From assembly GCF_009914755.1 (NCBI RefSeq), contig NC_060925.1: a DNA stretch of 64,000 nt; one strand, written 5' to 3'. The DNA is from the human T2T-CHM13v2.0 reference genome, Homo sapiens. Within the stretch, counting starts at the first letter, position 1. The number at the start of each line of letters is the position of its first letter. Shown here piece by piece: positions 46,945 to 64,000 of this stretch. A program made the translations under genes and the position numbers. A model generated the notes under the pieces. The model had not been told where the DNA came from. It worked only from the letters and a program-made list of their open reading frames with translations, and ran no database searches.

Positions 46945-47520
46945 CTATCAGTTAGGATAGGCTAGGTTATACTGTGGTAACGAGCAATTCCAAAATCTCA
47001 TTGGCTTAAAACAATGAAGCTTAATTTCTTACTCCTCCTACATACCCATCTCAGATTGAGCTACAGCTGACTGATAAAAACAGAATTCCTTTACCCAAAA
47101 TACTGAAAAGAATGTAAATAAAAACTTAAACAAATTGATACAAATACTTTAAAGTATATCAGTGACAACTTCCTGTTTAAATAAATATATTGTTAAAAAA
47201 TCATGCAAGAGCATTTTGTTATAATTACTAGGAAAGATTTGAGGAGCCCTGCTACCTGTTAAACATCAGTATCACTTCCAGACCCAGACTGATAAAAGTA
47301 GTTACTGTGTAGAACATTGTTGGTCAATTACGGCACAGGAGGAAAAGAACTCCGAAGGGTCTCACATAGGCAATCAAATGCCTCAGCCTCGAAGTCAATT
47401 ATTCTTCATCTCATTGGCCAGAACTGGTCACATGGCACTACTTAAGCAAATGCCAGAAGTATTATCTTGCCACGTCCAGGAAAAGCACAAATCTGGACAT
47501 TTCAGTAAGCTGTATTACTG
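46945..47520. mobile_element. Old MaLR LTR (MLT1-type), interrupted by the HSPB11 duplicate
   Basis: cagttaggataggctaggttat...aatctcattggcttaaaacaa before the insert and cattggccagaactggtcacatggc after it. Confidence 0.65.
47066..47243 (-). repeat. Diverged local duplicate of the HSPB11 stop/3' UTR region (source 50402-50579)
   Basis: The two segments align directly in the same orientation with scattered substitutions and two 4-nt indels. Confidence 0.93.
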
Positions 47521-47767
47521 GCTACTAGTGTATTTGATTCCTTGCAGTGTCGCTTTACTTGTTCCTCTATCTCTTGAGTTTCCTGAAAATGGAGGTTATC
47601 TCTAGAGTTTGATTAAATTCAGGTTCAGTAATTTTGGCAAGAGTACTTCATAGGCTGGTCTGTGTGCTTCACATAAAATCACATCAGGAAGCATACTGTG
47701 TTTGACTGTAGTAGATTGTAGCATTAATGGCTCCCTCTCACCCCAGCCCATTTTTTCTTTTTTTTGA

Positions 47768-47872
<105 letters not shown>

Positions 47873-48642
47873 TGAGTAGCTGGGACTACAGGCGCATGCC
47901 ACCACACCTGGCTAATTTTGTATTTTTAGTAGAAAACAGGGTTTCACCGTGTTGGCCAGGCTGGTCTTGAACCCCTGACCTGAGGTGATTTGCCCACCTC
48001 GGCCTCCCTAAGTGCTGGGATTACAGTCATGGGCCACCGTGCTTGGCCCTTTTTTTCAGATTTCCTTGTATTCATGCCCTTGGGCAGGTACCTCTTGTTT
48101 TCACTCTGAGCTTGGACACATGACATGATTTGGCAAGCAGACAACAGCAAATCTGATGGCAAACAGAGACTCAAAGACCATTTGCACTGTATTTAGAGAT
48201 AGCAGAAGAAAAAGAAAACTTTGCACACTGGGGATTTCCCTCTTTGCTACTTTTCAGAAGGCTGAGACCATCATCTGAAAAAGCCTGGGTTAGCCCCCTG
48301 GAGGACAAGAAACAACTTGGAGCAGAGATGAACAGTCCTTGCTGAGGCACCTAGATCCCTAACCTGCAAACCTTAAAATATGTGAGTGAAGTCATCCTAC
48401 ACTATCTAGACCATAGGAGTTGCCAGCTGACCACAGATACAGCAAAGCAAGCACAAGCCAGAAAAAAACTGCCAGCATATCCCCAGAATTGTGAGCAAAT
48501 GAAATTGTTGCATTAAGCCACTATGCTTTGAAGTGGTTTGTAACAGAGCAAAAGCTAACTGATACACTGGTTAATCCATTTTTAATAAATCAATAGATTC
48601 AGATCCCTGCATTGTAAAGTTCCCCACCAATCTTTCAATTAA

Positions 48643-49048
<406 letters not shown>

Positions 49049-49833
49049 TGAGCAGGAATTCTTCTGCAAAGCACTTTCTCTCATCTACCAGGGTTATGTC
49101 TGTACATGATAGATGCCCAATTCTTTCCTTTTAAATACAAATATTCAAATGAGTAATTCTGCCCTAGTTACATCCCATGGAGTCCAATGAGGGTTTTGTT
49201 TTGGTCTTTTATTTTTTCTCTTCTATCAATATGGATTCACTTTTAAATATATTCAGTATGGTTGTAGTCAACTGTAAAATTTTTTTTCCTGCTCAAATTG
49301 CCCTTTTTTTTTTTTTTTTCTAATAAGAGTACCTTCATGTTAGCTTCTGTATCCTCTTGACATTATCCATTAGTCTACTTTCTGGCACAACAAAATGTCC
49401 CAGGCTAATCTTGTCTATTTCTTGTCACACTTTTGGAATTGGCCATTCCTCCAAAGAGTCTTGGTTCCAATTAATGGGAAAGGTATTTAGAGATCACAAT
49501 CTGGGTATTTGATGTGCTCACTGATACTTGGATGTCACTGCTTCTAGATCTTTTCATGGACTTAAGAAATAGTATTCTTAAATAAGAGAAAGAGGGCCGG
49601 GTGTGGTGGCTCACGCCTGCAAACCCAATGCTTCGGGAGGCTGAGGTGGGCAGATTGCTTGAGCCCAGGAGTTTGAGACCAGCCTTTACTCCAGCCTGGG
49701 TGACAGGGCAAGACTTTATCTCAAAAACAACAACAAAAAGTAAGATTATGTGTTTCTAACCCTTCTCTGAGGTTTTCAAGCCAGAACAAATAAAAGTAAA
49801 GGCCGGGTGCGGTGGCTCATGCCTGTAATCCTA

Positions 49834-50073
<240 letters not shown>

Positions 50074-50484
50074 CTACTGCAAAAAAATATTTTTTTTAAT
50101 TAAAAAGTAAAATCACTCGTTTTACAGGGCCCACCTCAGGTTCCATAACCTCAGTGAAACCCTTCCATAAGTACTTTCTCTTTTCTGACTTCTTACATTG
50201 TTTACTGTCTATATTGCTCACTTAGTCCTTTGCATCAATCAATCAATTAAAAAATTAATGCACTACGATCTGAAGAGCACCAGAGTGGATGCTGTGGGGA
50301 TGCAATGTATTACCCATTAAATTTTCATGTGCAGTCACTTCCTTGATTAAGCTATATACTGAAGCCAAACCTTTCTAATTTCCCCCATGGTGGCCAGTAC
50401 TGCTGATTGATAAAAACAGAATTCCTTTACCCCAAATATTGAAAAGAATGTAAATAAAAACTGAAACAAATTGATAAAAATCCT

Positions 50485-50490
50485 TTTAAT
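50485..50490 (-). terminator. HSPB11 polyadenylation signal ATTAAA
   Basis: tttaat on + strand, ~70 nt past the stop, followed on the minus strand by a U-rich tract. Confidence 0.7.
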
Positions 50491-50560
50491 AAAGTATATC
50501 AGTGACAACTTCCTGTTTAAATATATTGTTAAAAAATCATGCAAGAGCATTTTGTTATCA

Positions 50561-59053
<8,493 letters not shown>

Positions 59054-59849
59054 CTATTGTTAATTTTAAAGAAAAAATAAGAATAGCCAAATATAAATGG
59101 TTAATCATAAAATTTTATTGAATACCTGTTTTTTAAAATTAAATGACTACTGGATTCTCACATCTCCTTTCTGTTAATTCTGCCTCTAATCTCTCTCCAA
59201 CTTTAATAATTCTTCTTTACTACTACCAGGTATTCTTTTCTAAAACACAGAAACGGAATTGATGTCACTTCTATCTAAATGCCTCAGTGGTCCCTTTATT
59301 GCCTATAATTCTAAACTCCTTCGTATGGCATTTAAGACTGTAGGATCTGGTTCCACCATTAAGTTATAGTCTCTTCCATCACTGTGGTCACACTGGGCCA
59401 CTTAAAATTCTGCAAATATGTTAGGCAGGCTCTTGCTTCTGTACCTTAGTTCATTCATGAGGTTTTTTTTTTACCTGAAAAACCGTTCTTCCCCTTGCAT
59501 AAGTTCATTCACTTTCTGGTCCCATTTATCTAACCCCACCAAATCAGAATCACTTCCTCCCTCTTTTGCACTTATCTCATACTCAGCCTCCATCTCTACA
59601 TTGGCACTTAATCTCCTGTGTTTCTATGGCTCCCACTAGATGCTGAGCTCTGAGTCCAGTTTCTTTCTCTTACTCACCTTTGTAACCCTACAACTGCTAC
59701 AATGGCTCACCCATAGTAGACACATGCTAAATGTTTGTTCAAACAAAAATTAAAACATGCACTCAATTTTAAGTCATATATAGGCAAAATAGTATATATT
59801 ATGGTTTTGACTACAGAAATAATCATTTCTATTTTAACTATATAAGCTT

Positions 59850-62800
59850 TTCTTTTTTTGGAAGTAAAATTTACCTACAGTGGAATTTACCTTAAGGGCA
59901 TAACTTAGTGAGTTTTGATAAATGTATACGCTTATGTAACCAATACTCCAATGAAAATACAGAACATTTCCGTGACTCCAGAATTTCCCTTATCTTTCCT
60001 TCCAGACAATCCCTACCTCCCTTAGGCAACCAGTGCTCTGATTTCTATCACCACCAACTATGCTACAATGTTTCCATTCGTGATTTTGTTTGATATTTTT
60101 GTTGGGTATTTTAATTGCTTGCAGCTTTTTACTATTAGGAACAAAGCTGCTCTAAGTATTCTTGTACAAGTGCTTGTGAACATGTTTTCATTTCTCTGGG
60201 TAATTACTAAGAGTGGAATTGCTGGGACATAGGGTAAAAGTATATTTAACTTTATAAGAAACTGTCAGCTTTCCAAAGTGGTTGTACTATTTTGCGCTCC
60301 ATTTTCTTTCTTGTCATGTCTTTGTCAGGCTTTGCTATCAGGATAATGTTGTTCTCATAAAACAATTTGGGAAATGTTTCCTTCTCTATTTTTGAGAAAG
60401 TTTGTGGAAGACTGGTATTTCTTCCCTAAATATTTGACCGAATTTAATTTCCATAATAGATATGAGGCTGTCCAGAATTTCCAATTGATCTTGTGTTATT
60501 TTTATAGGTCGAGCTTTACAAGAAATCTGTCCATTTCATCTAAGTTGTCAAATGTATTAGCTTAAATTTGTTCTTTATATATGATTCCTTTAGAATCTGT
60601 AGTGATATTACTTTCATTCCTGGTTCTAATAAATTGCATTTTCTTTATTTCTTGGCTAATCTTGTTAGAGGTTTATAACTTTTATTAATCCTTACAAATA
60701 ATCAACTTTAGGCTTTATTATTTTTTCTAATAATTGTCTATTTTGTTGATTTCTGCTCTCACCTTTACTATTTATTTTCTTCTATTTACTTTGGGTTTAA
60801 TTTGCTCATTTTTTTCTAGCTTCCTAAGGTGAAAATTTAGATTATTGGTTTTACATTTTTTTCCTTTTTAACATAAGTATATATGCTATTACTTTCCCTT
60901 GAGACACTGCTTTAGCTGCATCCTACAAATTTGGTATGTTACATTTTCAACGTCATTCTGTTAGAAATACTTTCTAAGGCCAGGCATGGTGGCTCACTCC
61001 TGTAATCCCAGCACTCTGGGAGGCTAAGGAGGGTGCTCACCTGAGGTCAGCAGTTCAAGACCAGCCCGACCAACATGGTGAAACCCCGTCTCTACTAAAA
61101 ACACAAAAATCAGCCAGGTGTGGTGGCACATGCCGGTAGTCTCAGCTACTTGGGAGGCTGAGGCCCAGGAGGCAGAAGTTGCCATGAGCTGAGATTGCAC
61201 CACTGCACTCCAGCCTGGATGACAGAGGGAAACTCCATCTCAAAAAAAAAAAAAAGAAAGATTTTCTAAGATCCCTTCTGATTTCTTTTTTGACCCATGG
61301 GTTATTTAGAAGTGCAGTGTTTAATTTCTAAGTTTTGGGGGGTTTTCTGAATATCTTTTTGTTGTTTATTTCTAATTTAATTACACAGTGGTCAGAGAAC
61401 ATACTATCTAAGATTTTAATCTTGAAATATATTGAGACTTATTTTATGTTTCAGCACATTTCAGTGAATGTTCAATATGCTGGGTTTTAAGAGACAGAGT
61501 CTCGCTCTGTCACCCAGACTGCAGTGCAGTGGCACAATCTTGGCTCACTGCAGCATTGACGTCCTGGGCTCAAGCCATCCTCATGCCTCAGCTCCAAAAG
61601 GAGCTGGGACTACAGGTACACGCCACCATGACTGGCTAATTTTTGTGTTTTTTCGTAGAGATGGGGTTTTGTCATGTTGTCCAGGCTGGTCTCACACTCC
61701 TGAGCTCGGGCAATCCGCCTGCCATGGCCTCCCAAAGTGCTGGGATTACAGGCGTGAGCCACCATACACAACCCATCAATACATTCTTGTTCCATGTTGT
61801 TGATTATAGTGTTCTATAACCGTCAACAAAGTCAAGGTTATGACATTATTCAGATCATCTATGTCTTTATTGATTTTCTGCCAAATTGTTCTATCATTAC
61901 TGAGAAAAGGGTATTAAAATCTCTAACTATAACTGTGAATTTGTCTATTTCTCCCTTTCATCTGTCAGATTTTGCTTTATGTAGTTTAAAGAACTATTAT
62001 TAGGTCCATATACACTTAGGATTATCCTCTCTTCCTTTTTCTCTTTTTTTTTTTTTTTTTTGAGGCGGAGTCTCACTCTGTCGCCCAGGCTGGAGCGCAG
62101 TGCACAATCTTGGCTCACTGCAAGCTCCGCCTCCCGGGTTCATGCCATTCTCCTGCCTCAGCCTCCCGAGTAACTGGGACTACAGGCATGCGCCACCACG
62201 CCTGGCTAATTTTTTTTATTTTTAGTAGATACGGGGTTTCACCATGTTAGCCAGGATGGTCTCGATCTCCTGACCTCGTGATCCGCCCGCCTCGGCCTCC
62301 CAAAGTGCTGGGATTGCAGGCGTGAGCCACCGCACCCAGCTATCCTCTCTTCCTAATGAACGGACTCTCTAACACTATAACGTGTCCCCTTTGTCTCTGG
62401 TAATACTCCTTGTCTTATATTTTTGTCTGACATGAATATAACTACAGCGACTTTCTTATGTAAACTGTTTGTAGGATGCATCTTCTTTCATCCTTTTATT
62501 TTCAACTATTCATATCTTTATATTTAAAGTGCATATCTTTTAGACAATATATATTTGGGTCTTGGATTTTTATCCAGTCTGACAATCTGATATTTAACTG
62601 GAGTGTTTAGCCTCACTGATATTTAGTGTAACTACTGATATGGTTGGGTATAAGTCTACCATCCTGCTATTCATTTTTGTCTCTCCCTCCTATTCTTGTC
62701 CTGTTTCTTCTCTCCTGTTTCTGAGTGAATAATTTTTTTAAAATTCCATTTAATTCCTCTATTTTTTTTTAGCTATACCTCCTTTATTAGAAATTTTTGA

Positions 62801-64000
62801 AATAGCTGCTCTCTAGGTTACAACATAAAAACCTCATGATAGTCAATTTACACTGAACATCACTTTTGTGCCATTGTTGTCATATATTTTACATATATAA
62901 TATATCCCATAATACAGTTTTTTTCATTAAGTGGTCAGTTATCTTTCAAAAAAATTAAAAGAGGAAAAAAAGGCAGTCTTTTATATTTACCCAAATATTT
63001 ATCATTTCCAGTACACTTAATTTCTTCTTATAGGTTTGATTTTCCATCTAATATTATACCTCTTCAACCTGCAGGATTTCCTTTAGCATTCCTTATGATG
63101 CAGGTCTACTTGTGATGAAAAATGCCTTTATCCTATCTTCATTTTTGGAAGATAGTTTAGCTAGACACAGAATTCTGGGTTGACAGGGTTTTTAAATATT
63201 TGCTTGTTTCTCCCTTCCCCAGTATTTAAAAGATATTGCTCCATTGTTGTCTGGCTTCCACTGTTTGTGATGTAAAGTCAGCTGTCATTAGCACTATTGT
63301 TCCTCTGTATATAATAGTTTTTATTTCCTTCTAGCTATTTTAAATATTTTTTTCCTTTTTCAGCAGTTTGACTAAGATACAATGTCTGTATTTATCTAGC
63401 TTGGGGCTTGCTGAGTTTTTTGGGTCTATAAGTTGGTATTTTAAAATAAAATTGGGAAAAATTCAGCTCAAAAGTAGAAACAACCCAGATGTCCATCAAC
63501 TGATGAATGCGTAAATAAAATGTGCTATATCCATACAATGAAATCTTGACAATAAATAAGAATGAAGTACTGATATGTGCTACAACATGGATTAACCCTG
63601 AGAACATGTAAGTGAAAGAAACCAGGCCAGGTGTGTTAGCACATGCCTGTAATCCAAGCACTCTGGGAGGCCAAGGCAGGTAGGTTGCTTGAGGTCAGGA
63701 GTTCAAGACCAGCACAGCCAACATGGTAAAACCCTGTCTCTACTAAAAATACAGAAATGAGCCAGGTGTAGTGGTGCACACCTGTAGTCATAGCTACTTG
63801 GGAGGCTGGGACATGAGAATCACTTGAACTCAGCAGGCAGAGGTTGCAGTGAGCTGAGACTGCACCACTGCATTCCAGCTTGGATGACAGAGCAAGACTC
63901 TGTCTCAAAAAAACAAAAAACGAAAGAAAGAAACCAGTCACGGCTGGGGGTTGTGGCTTACGCCTGTAATCCCAGCACTTTGGGAGGCTGATGCAGGTGG
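59850..64000. mobile_element. Ancient L1M fragments (mostly antisense) with nested Alus 60978-61255(+), 61490-61765(-), 62045-62340(-, AluY-like), 63624-63925(+), 63942-64000(+, partial)
   Basis: T-rich L1M-like sequence (gagtggaattgctggg, cactgctttagctgcatcc, gtggtcagagaacatact) and Alu consensus. Confidence 0.75.

Overview
Human (or very close primate) genomic DNA matching the DIO1 locus, 1p32.3. It holds three spliced genes. (1) The 5' half of YIPF1 lies on the minus strand, with a CpG-island promoter at ~18.45-18.9 kb and coding exons running down to position 254. (2) The complete DIO1 (type I iodothyronine deiodinase) lies on the plus strand, CDS join(23094..23430,33575..33718,35004..35203,38841..38909) = 750 nt / 249 aa. 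(3) The last four coding exons of HSPB11/IFT25 lie on the minus strand. The central system is stop-codon recoding: DIO1 has an in-frame TGA at codon 126 (33613-33615) and a type-1 SECIS hairpin (~39871-39959) just before the poly(A) signal. This is an established mechanism, not a new one, and the ORF track misses it. The DIO1 promoter has a perfect DR4 thyroid-hormone element inside an Alu plus a proximal TRE and candidate HNF1/HNF4/FOXA sites. Much of the rest is repeat: roughly 50 Alu/FAM/FLAM copies, an internally deleted L1, a decayed ERVL provirus, and MaLR/LTR, MIR/L2 and MER fragments. Less expected observations include a regenerated 5' splice site at the start of the Sec exon, a 178-bp templated copy of the HSPB11 3' end inside an old LTR, a 32-bp direct repeat bracketing the YIPF1 promoter, a MIR-derived uORF exon, and a candidate poison donor in HSPB11. 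Repeat family names and SNP identifiers are from recall and repeat boundaries are approximate.
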